This document shows positions 32,901-47,255 of a stretch of 64,000 nucleotides of DNA, piece after piece. The DNA lies in NCBI GenBank assembly GCA_051294375.1, contig CM119271.1:5941991-6005990 (forward strand), in the 5' to 3' direction. The position numbers and the translations under genes were made by a program. The stretch's first letter is position 1; every line of letters starts with the position of its first letter. The notes beneath the pieces were generated by a model, which saw only the letters and a program-made list of their open reading frames with translations, was not told the origin of the DNA and searched no databases. Source of the stretch: Paraspadella gotoi. Its lineage: Eukaryota; Animalia; Chaetognatha.

Positions 32901-35257
32901 ACGACGACGACGAGGGCGCCACGGTGAAGGGCAGGTTGGGCGGCGGAAGCGACGGCGGGTGCGGGGAAGAGGTGAAGGGTGGAGCCGGAAGAGGGCCGCC
33001 GGGGCCACCGCTCTGATGGTGGTGATGAGGGTGATGATGATGACGACTGTGGGGGCCGCTGTGTCGCAAGAGAGCGTTGAAGGGGAGACTAGACGGATCG
33101 ACGCCGGCGGAAGATGGAGCCGGATAGGCGGGGCTTTGGTGGTGGCCGTCGGGGTGGGAGGCGGCGCCGGGAGGGTGAGGCAAGGTGGAGGTCGCTGGCT
33201 CGTAAACGGATGGGCCGTCGGTGGACAACCCGCGCAAGTGAGACGCGAGATCTCCTGAGAATAAAGATAATTTTAAATAAGAAAGAGGATAAATCTTTCA
33301 TCTGAAGAGACAGAAATAATTGTCATTTTCTCATATGAAGCCTTCTGTAACAAATGCGGAATTCAAATGAGCTTTCTAAACCCTAAACTGACCTCGCAAT
33401 AATTCAAAACAATTTATGAAATTTATCCAAATATCACATATGACGCGATTAACTCTTGTCAGCAATTAACAAACCCGGTAAGGAGTTGACTGAGGAAGAA
33501 GGCGAGGAAGTGTACGACTCCTCGTCGCCGCCGTGGAGGCCGAGAGGGTGGCGGTGGTGATGGTGAACTCCGGCGCCATTGTCCGACGACCCGTATTGCA
33601 GAAGGCCGGGATGGACGCCGCCGGAATTAGCAGACCCAACGCTGAAAACAGAAAAATGTGATTCATTATTATGAAGCTGTCGTGAAAATATTTTGGCTTA
33701 ATTTTACGTTCGCCAACTAGGGTTATAAGGGTTTAGGGTAAAGGATAGATTACGGGTGGTTTAGGGTAAGGTTTGGTTAGGGTTGGTTTATGGTTAGGGT
33801 AATTATGTATATAACAACTTTTAGCATTATTTTAGAAATAAATTTTTTAAGATATTGTAACTCAAAGAGCAAAAATTTTATTCATCGAATATAAAATTTT
33901 ACCAAGTGGTAGCCGTCTTCACCTGTTTGACTTGGAAGAATCGTCGAGAACGTCGTCGTCAATGGAGTCGTCCTCGTAATAGGCGTCTTCAGGTCCGTTT
34001 TGATGGCGATAGTGATGATCGCCGATGTAGACGGGCGCCCCGACGGCATTTCCCGTATCCACTGGCGCCCACTGGGGGTCCGATATGGGAAAGGCGGCGC
34101 CGCTGCCGCCGCTTCCCGTTCCAGAGATTTCTGCAGCGCCTCCACCGAATCCCATCGGAGGAATACCGCCGGCGTGATGAGGATGCATCTGCTGCTGCTC
34201 CCCCGTGATTATCATTTTCTTGTGCCTTTATTAAATTATAATAATCTATGTGATAAAAATGCGTACATGTTAAACAAAAAATGGGACATCGTCCATTGTT
34301 TCCTCACCATTTTTTGGAGCAGAAATTATCCAACTGGCGGACCTCGTCCTTCGTTCTATTAATGAGATCCATGAGCACGTTGGAGGATCGCGGCCGCGTG
34401 ATAAACTCGTGTCGCAGCAGCTGCTCCGCTGTGGGCCGCTGCTCAGGCGACTTGGCCAAGCAAGAGTCGACGAAATGCTTAAATGTGTCCGTCCACTCTC
34501 CGCTGCCACCCTGGGACTGGGGCGTCAACGACGGGGGTTCGTTCTGGGCGATGTGGTAGAGAGCCGACATGGCGTTCATATTGAAGAGAGGAGGCTTCCG
34601 TTCGGCCAGCTCTATACATGTGATGCCCAGCGACCAGATATCCACTTTCCCGTCATACTGACCCTCGTCCATGGCCAAGATCACCTCGGGAGCCATCCAA
34701 TAGGGCGTACCGACGAAGGAGTTGGCAGGCGAGAACATGGAGGCCGATCCAAAGTCGGCCAGCTTGACGGTTCCGCATTCAGTCAGCAGGATGTTACCGG
34801 CTTTGACGTCGCGGTGTATTCGGCGCCGGGAGTGGAGGTAGGCCAAGCCCTGCAAGGCGCAATCGCAGATGGCAGCGATTTCTTCCTCTCGGAGGTTCTT
34901 CTTGCGCACCTCGAGCAAGTCGGTGGCGGAGCCGAGACAATATTCCATCACCAGCCAGGCCGTGTGATCTTTAAGGTAGCATCCTCTGTAGTCTATGCAG
35001 TTTTTGTGTTTGAGTTGACTTAAAAACCGGACTTCCTTAATGATGTCCTGCCATTTTTCGCTCGACTGCTTTCCGCTATAACCCATCTTTTTTATCGCCA
35101 CCACCTCCTTGTTTCGGTTGTCTTTGGCGTAGTAAACCGCGCCGAAGCTTCCGTGCCCGATCTCCCGCAGATCCGAGAAGATCTTGTCCGGATCTTCGGT
35201 CGAGAAGAGGGAGGCGATCTCTGGGTCCTTCAGACAGCCTGCCTTTTGCGACGGCAT
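29910..35257 (-). CDS. TAOK: TAO (STE20-family) serine/threonine kinase, multi-exon
   Basis: [80 protein letters not shown]. The coiled-coil tail has [32 protein letters not shown] and [14 protein letters not shown]. Confidence 0.97.
33717..33800 (+). repeat. Degenerate telomere-like (TTAGGG) tract in a TAO intron
   Basis: Units TAGGGTT, TTTAGGG and GGTTAGGG are interspersed. Confidence 0.6.
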
Positions 35258-36298
35258 GATTGATTGTTAAGTAGGGGGCGGGTTGGGACGGTGGGACAGG
35301 GATTCTCGCAAAAGGAGAAAACGGGACGCGAGAAAAAGATCCTTAAAATGTTACATGGAGAAAAAAAATTAAGATCCAGGGGCGAAAAAATCGACTAGAT
35401 CGGTTGCGACCGATTCGACTGGAGGCGGAAAGTCGCACATCTTCGCCGCCGTCCCACGTTTCCAAGCGCGGATTTCCATTTCACTTTTTTTCGCCAAAAT
35501 GTCGTCTTCCTTTCCGCGATTGTTTGAGTCATGAATCCTTGGAAATATTAGTGACAGATCATCCGCCGAAAAGTTTCATGTTGGGATTATTGCCGGAAAC
35601 GAGTCTCGGCAATTCCACATTTTTAATAACCTGTTAAATAATGTCAAAACAGATGTTAGAACCAAAGCTTCGTGAATTCTGAGTTAAGACTTTACGTCAT
35701 CACAAGGATTTATCGTTTGGGATCATTTCAGCATCTCTGTAACACCGAAGAATCTCGTCGGGGTAGAGGAGTTTCCACGAATATTCTCGGGGGCGTTGTA
35801 GGAGGAAGACGGACCGGTGGGTCCTAACACAGACAAAGCAATTTGAGCCGAGAATAAGAAATTACTAATCGATGGAGTAATGTTATTTTCACCTTTCTTT
35901 GAATCACACTAATCTTTCAATAAAAAAAACGACTCGGACATAAATATTCCAAAAGAGGCGATCAGGATCCTCAAGCAAGCGCGGAGAGAGCATACCATGC
36001 CCCGTCACCCCGAAACGATATAATAAAAACTAACAAGTGGTTACGTCAAAACAAAGTACTTAACAATAATGACCACAACGACGACAAATTCAGAGCACAT
36101 TTATTATAATGATTAAGAGTAAACTTAATTCATTCAACGAGGAGACAAGGGGAAGCAGGACCACTCGGGCGACGAATGCGGAGCTCATCCGAAATCTCGA
36201 CTCGCGAGAGGACAGCACCGTCGTGAAGTCTGCCCTTTTGTTTCGCCTACGCACAATCCCACACTCAATACCATGAAAATTGAAATGATGAATATTGA

Positions 36299-36474
36299 AT
36301 GAAATTGGTACAACTCAGTTGTACCAAGTTGTACTACAACCAACATAAAAATTATCCATTCATTTAATAAGCTCCTTGCCCCTGAATTTGGATAGGCTTT
36401 GGTGGTTTAAGGCCTCCATCACTCTTACAAGATAATGAACAGGTCCCTGCAAGCTTTCAATCAAGACTCTCACA
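36299..36474 (-). repeat. Dispersed repeat family A, copy 1
   Basis: Reverse complement of 63725-63885, with a locally rearranged palindromic end (TTGGTACAACTCAGTTGTACCAA). Confidence 0.9.
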
Positions 36475-36860
36475 CAATAGTATTGAATACCAATGACCAT
36501 AATTTAATTTTAAATCCACTGTAAAATCTCAAATATGCCGGTCAACCGTGCTAATTAAACATGGTAAATGAATGGATCAGAAAGTAGGACGATGACTGAA
36601 ACATTAGAAGCCGCAAGATGAGACTTTGAAAAACTAAATATTTTAGATTGTTATTACCGACGTATAGAGTATCCAAGACTTTTTTAAATATTTCATTAAA
36701 ATGATTATAGTTATGATTATAATTATTACATCCTAAATGGCTAATAGAAAATCGTTTCAAATTCAAGAGCTTAAAGGTTCATCTAGTCGTACCTGTTGTA
36801 TTTTCTTTTCTTCGATACATTTTAGAAGTAATTTGGTGGATAGTTTTTAAGAATTTTGCC

Positions 36861-39800
36861 ATGCAAAATTCCATTTGGGACGCAAGCACAATATGTAATC
36901 TTGCTGGAGAATATGAAAAACGGACAAAGCAACTGCGCGCGCGTTCTGTTGAGGGCAAAAAGCAGAAACTTTCTCGCTCAGGTTTTTTTACATCTAGTAT
37001 ATATAGTTAATAAGTGTGATTGAATAGTATTTATTTCATGTTGCATCAACGAACGAGAAGTGGGTCAATCATTTCAAAGTGAAGAAAGACATCGCAAATA
37101 TGAACAATTACAGCAAGGTTAAAAAACATTATGATACAAACGTAAAACTGCTTGGTTGCTGTTTTTGACGCGTGATAAAATTGAATTTGGCAAACTGTTT
37201 AAGCTTTTCCAGTCAGTGATTTTTTTTACGTTTCTTATGAGCAACAACGAATAAAAATTGTAATGTGAAAAAAAGAAAAAAGAATACAAGTAAGAATATT
37301 TTTTTTTCAAAAACTACACTTAACCCTAACCTCCCTTAACTACTCTTAAAAAAATCTTGGATATCTATTGTAATCAGTAATGTTAGCTCATTATTTTCAG
37401 AGGGAGAAACGTGTCTGGAATTGTTGGCGGAAATTGCGGGGAAAAAAGACTTGCTGTTAAACCAAGGTTGAAATTTTTCTTCCCATTAGTTTTTCTATTT
37501 ATTAAAACTGAATACATTTTTTAAAATTATTAGCCTTATCTAAACACTCATCCTGATATAGTTCACTGCCCGAATGTTAGTAATGGGGAATATGGATGGT
37601 CGAAGAACCAAGATGTCGCGTCCCAAAGCGTTTGTTTGTATTCAATGCCAGATGGGAAAACTGAAAATTCCGTCAATGTTCTTCCACAGACAGCAAGTTG
37701 ACTGTTAATTTTCTCAAACATTTACAAAATGCAGACTAACGAGCCGATTTGTTTTCACACACAGCGCTCCAAAAATAAGAAAGTTCAAGTTCGTCTGTCG
37801 AAAACCCACCGAAGGTCACAGACGCTGAACATTACCACCACTTCACGGTCGGCTTCTCCGACGATTATCAATGAGCTATTGACGCCGAAATTTCCCCCAC
37901 TGTCCCAAGAAGATTCGGACTTGCCGAACAATCAACGCGAAGAAGGGGAAATCGTCGACTTGGATTCGACTGTAAAACCGAGTCCCCAAACTGTTTTACA
38001 TTTTCAGCATCCATTGCTAACACTCCAACATTCTCACGATACATTTCCCACCATCCGGGAAGAACCTGAGGAAAAGACGCCTCCACTGGCGGAAGACCCG
38101 TCGTCTTTGTCGCCTCAACCAAACGTCAATAAACCACGGTCCGTTTGCGTTTACGAACGTTGGCAGAGGGCGAGCGTAAAATGCGCGGATCTCAAAAGCG
38201 CGGATGCCATAGAATTTTTCTTTGTCCCGATAAACGTTCTCATTCCTCGGAAAACGTTGGCCTCGGTTAAACCGGAAAATGTCTCGCATCCCGAAAAGAA
38301 AATAGAAGACCAAACGATAAAAAATAAAACCAAACGGAGGGTGGAGGAATTCACAACATTGCAGCCCTCCTGGGGTTACAGAGGTCAAGCAAAGACAATT
38401 GTCGCCGATTGTGAAACTTTCTACGTGTTCTTGATCCACGATTACGAAGAGGCGAAAATTTTACCCAAAAATAAATCCAATTTTACAAAGATTCGAGATG
38501 GTCGCCAAGAAACGGGCAAAAATGGGGAAGGGGCTGAGCTGAAGCTTGACAAAAACGCCGTCATGGGCCGACCAAGGGAAGAAAAGCCTGTGCTATTAAA
38601 ATTTGACGGCTTTGCTCGCGTTGAACCGATGTCAAATACGGAGCGGTGCGAAAGTATTGACGAGGTAGAACGAGGTAGAAAAGAATCGGAAGCAAACCTT
38701 CGAGAACCTAAACCTAAAAATAGCAGTCATGAAGACGAAATAAGTTGTAAAAATCTACCCAAGATTTCGATAGATGTTACCGCAAATCCTCATGAGATTC
38801 CCGTTTGTGACTCTCGCCTCTTTAACGCCACCAATTCGTCCAACGTTTTTTCCTCCGCTTCGGAGAACGCTGTCATCGGCTTAAGTGAGGAGAATGCGAT
38901 CTATGATTCCAGCGATTCGAGCCACGTCGGTTTCAGTAATCGTACAAACACTGTCACCGATGACAACGCTTTTCGCGTTACTGGACTGCGCGGAAATGTG
39001 GAATCCGGCGTTAACCATAATGCTCAGGAATTATCTTCTCTCGAGAACAAGCAATATTCGGCGAATTTAAACTATGACGTCTACGATGTTTCGACAGACG
39101 ACGTCGTTAGAGCTTATGCGACGGCCACTTCGAACAGTTTTCCTTTTAGGCTACTCAACCGTACTCGGGACGAATCTCAAAAAGGGTCTCGCTATGCGTT
39201 ACGACAAAACGATGGAAGGGTTATGCTCACCGGTTGGTAATAAAGAAAATGAAAAAAAAACCTTTCCCTCGAAAGGGGAATAGTCAAAACCTTTCTTAGG
39301 GTAGCGAATGACGATAGAAGGACGAGAGTTTAACCCAAACTTTTGATTAGAGGAGACTGTATTGTCCACGAGCGTCGTTTCCGATTCTACTGAGGATTTG
39401 AACGGAACTTCCGTCGAAAAAAATTACATCTTTTATCCCTTTCCAGTGTGAGTTTGACAGTTGCGTTGTAGATAATGGAACTAAATAATGGTTAAAAAAA
39501 ATATTCAAACTGCTTATTCAGTGTGAAGCTTTTATCGGAAGAGCCTATGCACGAAAGCCAGGACTTTCTCGTGGATTCGGTTTCGGCATTTCAATCACAG
39601 ACTAATTCGACCGACACAACAGAAAGCGTGATAGGTTGAAACAATTATTTTATGTTTTTTAAATTATGAGGTTTTTTTTCATACTTTTTATACTTTTCCG
39701 TCTTGATTGACCTGCTATGTCATTATCTTGTAAGAGTGATGGAGGCCTTAAACCAACAAAGCCTGTCCAAAGTCAGGGGCAAGATAGCTTATTTATTAAA

Positions 39801-42800
39801 TGAATGGATAATTTTTATATTGGTTGTACCAATTTCATAGGAAAAAGTCAGGGACGTGAAAAATCTGATGAGAAAAAAAGAAAAGAGAAACGTCGTGGTC
39901 GGGAGTTACATCGAGTTTCATTCAGTGATGTAATTATTAACTATTTTTACAGAAGTGTATATCACAACTAAAAAGCATGTGACAAACCGCAGCGCAGTGA
40001 AGAAATTGTAAACTACTTAAAAAATTTAGAACCTTGATTGTTCCTTCAACTCCGCAAGCAGCGGATCAAAATTGCAACGAAGCTTGGAGAAAATCAAATC
40101 GAAACTTCGGATTAAAGCTGAGAAGAAAAAGAGTAACCTTTCTAGTAGGATGCTAATTCCTAATATAACTTTTTTTCTTTTTCTAAATAAGAAAAAAATT
40201 CACTGTGATTTCATTGGGTACCGGAGTTTTTCCCCCACATGAAGAACTATTTACTATTTGCTAAATAAAAGGAAAATATTATGTTGTGATAGAAACATCA
40301 CCCAACGAAAATTCAAGTTGCAATAATCAAGACGGACCCACCGGATTTTCTGACGCCAGCGCATCGTCTACGAAAGAGATGTCGCCCATCGGGTTATCGA
40401 AAGGTCACGTTTGCAATTATGTTTAATTTTAACTTTGCACTTTTCCAATTATGTTTAATTTTTAACTTTTTATTTTGAAAAGATCCCTCTTTTATCGAGA
40501 ACATTAAAAGCGCAACTTCTATCACAAAAAGCGGGTCAGGAAGTTTTACTTGGAACTTACCCCAAATTCCAACCCCGGGTTCGATTAAATTTTTTTGCAG
40601 TTATAAAAATCCTCTACAATTTTAATTAGTGAATTACCTTTAAGTTCTAGAAGATGTCGAAAAGGTTGCGGAAGCACCGTCTCTGCAAAATACACGGATC
40701 GAAAGCCCAAAAGAAGAAACCTCTGTGCCTCTGAGAAGTATTTTAAAAAGCTCAGCATCGTCCTCCAATACATTCAGTGAACTGGGTAAGCGTGAGAAAA
40801 AGAGAAAGTGAGATAGACTGAGTACCTACTACGTAGACATTTTCCTCCAATTCGTCAGATCACCTATCAAGAGCCCAATTTACGGAGGGCACACTTGAGA
40901 AAAACATCAACGAGGCTGTAGACGTCGAGGAGAATACATCGCAAAAGCAACAACCCACGAACCAAGATCAGGGGGGTTCAGAGGACACGCTTCGAGTCCA
41001 GCCCGTGGCACAGGAAACGCCGTCGAAGGTGCAAGATGCAATCCCGGCACCGGAAAAGCCAGAGGAGATGGCTCAAGGCCCTCCCGCCGAAAATGAAGAG
41101 CCATTAGGGGCACCAGAATCAAACTCTACGGAGGAAAAACCTCAACATTTAGTTACAGAACTTGTAAAGCCGGAAGAGGAATCGCTAAATGTCTCTCAAT
41201 CAACAGTATTAGAACCTCATCTAACAGAGCCTCGATCCCAATCGGTAGTGCCGGAACTGGAAGCAAAATCCCTTGAGGATGCATCGCTTTCACATCGGGA
41301 ACAACTGACGGCGAGCGAAGTGACTTCGACGGTGCTGCCTTCGTCGGCGGAACAAAAGGCTAGCAGTTTGATCGAAATTGACGACCGAGCTGGAAGAGAC
41401 GAGGAAACGATGACGACGGCAATCAACGAAGATGCGGGAGTGAAATCGAAAAATGAAGGTAAAGAAAAGCGGTTAGCCTTTTGTTAATAGCAAGTGAGAT
41501 CCATGATTTCCTAACATTATACTATTTCTCTGGGGATTTCTATTACAGAAATAGTATTGCTGTGAAGACTGTTTCAGGTCGAATGGGTTCAATATGCTCG
41601 CTAACTCGATATTCTAAGATACGGGCGGCGTNNNNNNNNNNACGCCGCCTATACCTTCGAAATAACAGCGCCAACAGCAAAGGGCGAATTCGACGACGAC
41701 GATGATGATGAAGAAGAAGAAGAAGAAGAAAACCAGGACGATGCCGCCGACGTCGAAGGATCCTCGCTCACCTGTTCAGTGGGCGAAGCGACGCGCCACT
41801 TTAAACGGCTCGCCGTTCATCTCTCGTCGGCGACGACGAAATCGGAACGGCACGAGCGAGCCATGTCGATCATTTCGAAACTCCTCGCCAAGGAACGGCG
41901 GGAGAAGCGGCGGGAATCGGCGGCGCGGCGTGAAAGAGAGAAACGACGAGAACGAAAATCTTGTCTGAGGAAATTGGTCAACGCCGTTGAAGTGGAGACT
42001 GAGGAGGAGGAGGAAGCAAAGCGATACATTCGGGATCTTTTACGGAGGGAGCAGTGTGAGCGGAAAGAGGGAAGGAACTAGAAACTTTTTAAAAAAACGA
42101 TGGAAAGGAAAAGTTAATTATAAAAAAAGAGAAAAGACCATGAGCATTACTCAACACTTGGTTGCGTGGCGAGTTAACTATATTATTTTTTTAAAAGCTC
42201 GTTTGTTAAAAATAAATATGCAAATAAGGTTTAAAGTGAGGTTTTTAAAAACAAATGGTCAATCAAACAGCCAATGCGCGGCACATGAACCTCGGACTCG
42301 TCTTTAGTAATAGTATGAAGCCTAAACGTAACACCTGGAGTTCTTTGATTCCTCAAAACACTCTTCAGTTATTCCAGGACAGCGTCGCATTGTGCGTTTA
42401 ATAATAATAAAAAAATCGGTAACCCCCCCCCAATTTCACGCCCGTTTTTTTCACAAACTCTCAGCGGGGACGATCGAGAACTCCCTGGAAGACGAAGGCT
42501 TCAGTTGGAGTTCTAGTCCGAAGGCGACGGTAGAAATTGATGTCGCCAAGATTAAGACCGAAGAAGACGCTCAGACAACTGTCGCGTGCGGTGAGGAGCA
42601 CCAGAGACTCACCGCCGCTAACGATGGAACGTTCGACGAAACGTTTGGAGTGGCCACTGACGAATATCGTCCATCTGAACGACCGACTGAAGAAAGGTGA
42701 CAGACGATTGCAAGAATCGGAGAGTTGATAATTTTAATTATAGCCCGATAAACTCATCAAATCTTTTCATTTTTTCTCTCTTACTCTCACTCTCAGTCAT

Positions 42801-45800
42801 TACTCTCATGTAATTCGCAAAAGAACGTAAACCACTCGGAAACTATTTCTGGTGCTATGATTTTTTTTACAAAAAATATTACTTCGCTTGACTTCCAGGT
42901 TGAGGTCTACAATCGGAGGTGATGCAGAAACCGGGGTTTCGCCAGGTTTCGATTCAACTCCGCTCGGCGACTGGAGATCCTATATCGGAGTCTCTCTGCT
43001 CGATACTTGGAATTGGAGGACCGTGCCCAATCGAAGCTACATACAGAAGACCGTTGATATTCAAGAGATACAGGAATAGTTCGCCTGTTCTCACAAAAAT
43101 GAGGAAATGAATGAATGAATGATAATTTGAATCAACATAACGATGAATCCTAAATTGAGTAACCGAATTTTTTTGTTTATGGTCAAAATAAAGTCAGAAA
43201 AAAGTGGATTAATTTTTATCGGAAATTGAATATCTTAGAATTTTTTTCTACTATCATTTTCTTCTTCACTATATTTACTTCGTTAACATTCAGTACTACT
43301 GAATCAGTAGTGTTACTAATACTCTGCTGCGGACTTACATACGACGATTTACTATTTAGTTTTACTTAATTCTTATGAAAGAATTAGACTGCTACTCCCA
43401 ATTCGTAACCTCAAGAGACCAAATTTTCGTCTTTTTTTGTCATTTATTTTTTTTTAATAAATGCTTGCGCGGGGATCGCGATCCGAAGCTTCAAATTGTT
43501 GGCAAAACGATTACGACGAAGCGGACGTCCCGCGGACGGCCTCTTGGGATGGTTCGGTTCGGAATCCCGACCTCAATGTCGAATTAAAGAAAGAAACGTC
43601 CAGCCGCGTGTCCTCCCCCGATTCGGGTGCTGATCTCGATGTAATATCCGTCTCTTCAGGTGTTTTTAGGATTCCATTGTCGAAAAAGACAAGCTGACAA
43701 ATATGTTAATAACATTCATAGCTCAGCTAACGATAAAGCGGCCGTTCTTAAACTAAATACCATCATCATGCAAAAAAAAAATGGCGATATACTTAGCTAT
43801 CCAAGCTAATGGGACGAGACACGAATTAAGGATTCAATTATTATTTGATAATCCATCGGATTAAAGTTTGTTGTTTTTTTTTCGCAGAGGAATTCGAAGA
43901 GGAAACAAAAGATTTCCCCGCGGACATTATAGCGGGGGATATCGAAGACGAAAGCTATACCAACGATGGCAATTACGCCGATGACGAATTCGACGACGAA
44001 TCGACAAGACAAGAGACCATCGCCACTTTGGATGAAACCGGTCAAGTGCTGTTTGAAGAAGAGGCTTATCCTAGACTTGAGAACCATGAAGATGGTCATA
44101 GAGTCCAGGATACGATTAAACCGGCTCATGAACAGGTACGAAGATTTTTTTAGCAATATTGTCAATCGAAATCAGCGTGGGACTTTCGAACAAATTGTTA
44201 ATCATTAAATCAATGATATTTAACTTCAAGAATCAGGTCCACAACTCCCTCTCAACGCCCGAAGTAACGAGCCCATCGTTGTCAAGTCTGAGAATATCCG
44301 TCAGTGCGTCCCATGACGTTGAAGGTGACGTCGATGAGCGGGCGGCTTTGTCTAGAAAAGTTGGCCAACATAGGATTGAAAGAGAATTGTCCGAGTCGAC
44401 TCTGACGACGAGCGATGACGACGAAGAAGAAACCGACGACGACTACGAGGAAGCGATAAAAATAGAAGAGAAAAAAGAAGTCAGAGACGGAGAAGTTGCT
44501 GAAAACTTCGATGTTCGCGAAGCAGCCGCCGAAGTTGAGGGAGTTAGAGACGACTTCATCTCTTCGATGACGTCGGAAAGGACCGCCTCGCCGACTATGG
44601 AAGATGTTCAATTGAACGTCGTTGGTAAAAGCTTCGAAAATACCAAGCTCGATCGAAAGTTTCAGTCGGCGTCGCAAGAAGCCTTCGAGCGACGTCGCAG
44701 AGCAGCCCTCGAAAGGGCCAATAAGGCCAAGGTACGTGCATGCGATTCCTCGTCGGAGGTGTGGACTCCAAAGTTTTTCAAAGCCCCGCCTGTGCATTCT
44801 AAGAACAGAGTCAAAGGATCTTCGTTGCAGCGACCCAAGTCTCGCGTCCAGTCGCGCAACGGGAGGTCTTCGGATAAAAGGAAAGATTCGGCGCCCTCGA
44901 GGGCCGGATCGAGAAAGCGTAAGGGTGGTGGTAGGGCGTCTAAGGAAAAGAATAGCAATAAAGAATCAAAATCGAGCGGGAAAGATTCCAAAGCAGGAGG
45001 TCGAGAGTCGAAGGCGAGTGGGCGAGGGAGAGAGTCGAAGGCGAGTGGGCGAGGGAGAGAGTCGAAGGCGAGTGGGCGAGGGAGAGAGTCAAACGCGAGT
45101 GGGAGAGCATCAAAGGCGAGTGGTAGAGAGTCAAAAGCGAGTATGAGAGATTCAAAGGGAAGCAGGAGAGAGTCAAAGGGAAGCCGGAGAGAGTCAAAGG
45201 GAAGCCGGAGAGAGTCAAAGGCGTCTGGTAGAGGGTCAAAGGCGTCTGGGAGAGAATCAAAGATCAGTCGGGGAGGCTCAAAGTCTAAATCTGGGGGGAC
45301 ATCACAGAAAAGTGAAAAGCGTAAATCTGAAGAAAGACAGAACGGATCTAAAAGTAAAGAAAGCATGGATACAGAACATGTTGTTAAGGGAAGCAGCAGA
45401 AAGTGCAAGCCCGCAGCAATTAAACCACAAAAGGACGCGAGGGTATCCAATGGTAAGGGGAAAAAGTCTCAGGTGAAAGAGGAAGGGATCAAGGCAAGAA
45501 GTCGTGATTCGACGTTGACGGTGCAAGGATCGAATTTTAACATGAATAACGGAGGACGATTCTCTAGAGAAAAGCAGAACCGAGGAAGCATGGAAAAGGT
45601 AAGTTTTTATATTATATGAAGATACATGTTTATATTAAAAAAAATAAAACCATAGATCGGTTACTTTAATATCTTAGAAAAAGCGTCAAACATCGGCTGA
45701 TACTTCGTCACAAAGACAAGACAATAATCAAATTAGCGGCGGCTTTCTAAAAAAAGCTGGGTCTTTCTCCGAGGTCAACATGAAAGGAAGCAAATTTGAC

Positions 45801-47255
45801 CGAAAAACGTTAAGAGCCTTTTGGATGGGGACTCCCTCCGCTATTTGGGGCGCTCCAAGCGTCGACTCTCCAGATCCGACGTTTCGCCCGGCAAAAAAAA
45901 ATGAACGCGCGCAATCAACGAGCGGCAATGACAAACGAGCTCCTCAGGGGCCCTCGGCGGCGAGCGGGACTCGCAAAGTGAAGACCCAAAAGTCGGAAGG
46001 ACGTCAATCAGACATGAAGGTTACCCCACGAGCTGACAAAAGAGAGGCAAGTCCTAAAAGAGAGAAGCAGAAAGACTCTCGTCAATCGAAGAAGCCAAGC
46101 GTCGCCGAAGAAACTCGTGAGAGTGCCGCGGAATCGACAGAAAAAAAATATCGTAGGTCGAAAGCCGGTTCGGTTCCTTCGCAGATGTCGACCGGAAAAC
46201 GTCAATCTGTGATTTCCGGATCTACAGTAAAGGAGCAACGACCTTCGGCAGCATCAACAGGGAGTCCTTACAAGGAAAAGAAGGCATCGACGGGAAGTCG
46301 CAAATCCAAAGGACAAAGCTTGTCGGACGCCGATGGAGGAGGGCGAAAAAGCCAGGGCTTCGAGCGAAGTCAATTACGTCGGGCATCGGAAAGGAGCCTA
46401 AGGGAGGATAAAAATATCATGTTTAATCAGGCGAAAAAAAGACGCCAATACAGCGTGACCTGGAGCTGTTCGGACACAGAGATCGTGACGAATCGCCGGT
46501 CATTGCAATCTTCCAAAAACTTGTCAACGAATACTAACAACCGACGAAATGGTACAGCGACAAAAAAACGGGTCAAGTATCGCCAAAAATCGGTCCATGG
46601 TGAATCAAAAGACATAAAGGCAAGTTTTTCCGACTTGAGGAAGCGAGCCCCTCCAAAAGATGGGAGGCGTAAGAATATAGATCGCGTTTGTAGTAGTTGT
46701 TCGGAGCTGATGCGGACTTCCGACGAACACGTTCGTCGACGACGTTCCATCTCGTCAATCGTCGATTGGCGCAATAAAAATGGTCGAGACGAAAAAGTAA
46801 CACGGACACGACGAAGCCCGAACCAAATCGCCAACGCCAAACCATATTTAGATCATCGATTTGCACGAGGAAAATCGCCCAAGCGCTCCGATGGAACATC
46901 GCTTTTCGCGCTGGAGAGCTACGTATCAGAGGAATTTTTTGTGCTTGATAAATATGGAAACAAAGATACATCCGAACATAGTTTCAGGCGGGGGCAAGAG
47001 CGGAGATTAAAAGTAGAGTATCGCCGCGGAAACGAAACAAGAACAGTTTCCGATCGCTACGTTTCACAAGTTAACATAAATCGCGGGAAAAAGACGAAGG
47101 TTAACAATGTCCGGGCGAAGAGTAAAGGAAGCCGAAAAGACAAAAAGCTCGATGACCGTGGAAGCGTCAGTGCAGAGTCCAATTCGAGTTTTGGAAGTCT
47201 GCGATTAGAACGGCGCGGAAAAGGTTATGAATGGAAAAAGAAAAGATGTAGCTAA
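36861..47255 (+). CDS. Large multi-exon low-complexity protein of unknown function (acidic middle, very basic Ser/Arg/Lys-rich C-terminal half); may be more than one gene
   Basis: Long + strand ORFs at 37729-39240, 41005-41487, 41779-42081, 43845-44153, 44159-45619 and 45780-47255, mostly bounded by AG/GT sites. No recognisable domain. Start position is tentative and there is an assembly gap at 41632-41641. Confidence 0.6.
39701..39838 (+). repeat. Dispersed repeat family A, copy 2
   Basis: Nearly identical to 63734-63885 apart from a short deletion near the 5' end. Confidence 0.92.
44998..45260 (+). repeat. Coding tandem repeat (27-bp and 21-bp units) encoding (GR)GRESKAS / RRESKGS
   Basis: GAGAGTCGAAGGCGAGTGGGCGAGGGA three times, followed by degenerate 21-mers. 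Confidence 0.9.

Noticed and set aside
35686-35870. U3 snoRNA-like words (AAGACTTTAC, GGGATCATTTC, GAGGAAGA)
   Set aside because: Spacing is wrong, there is no proper box C or D or terminal stem, and the region is better explained as spliced 5' UTR exons of TAO on the minus strand.
41622-41650. Inverted GGCGGCGT/ACGCCGCC on either side of an N gap
   Set aside because: It flanks an assembly gap, so it may be a scaffolding artefact and cannot be interpreted.
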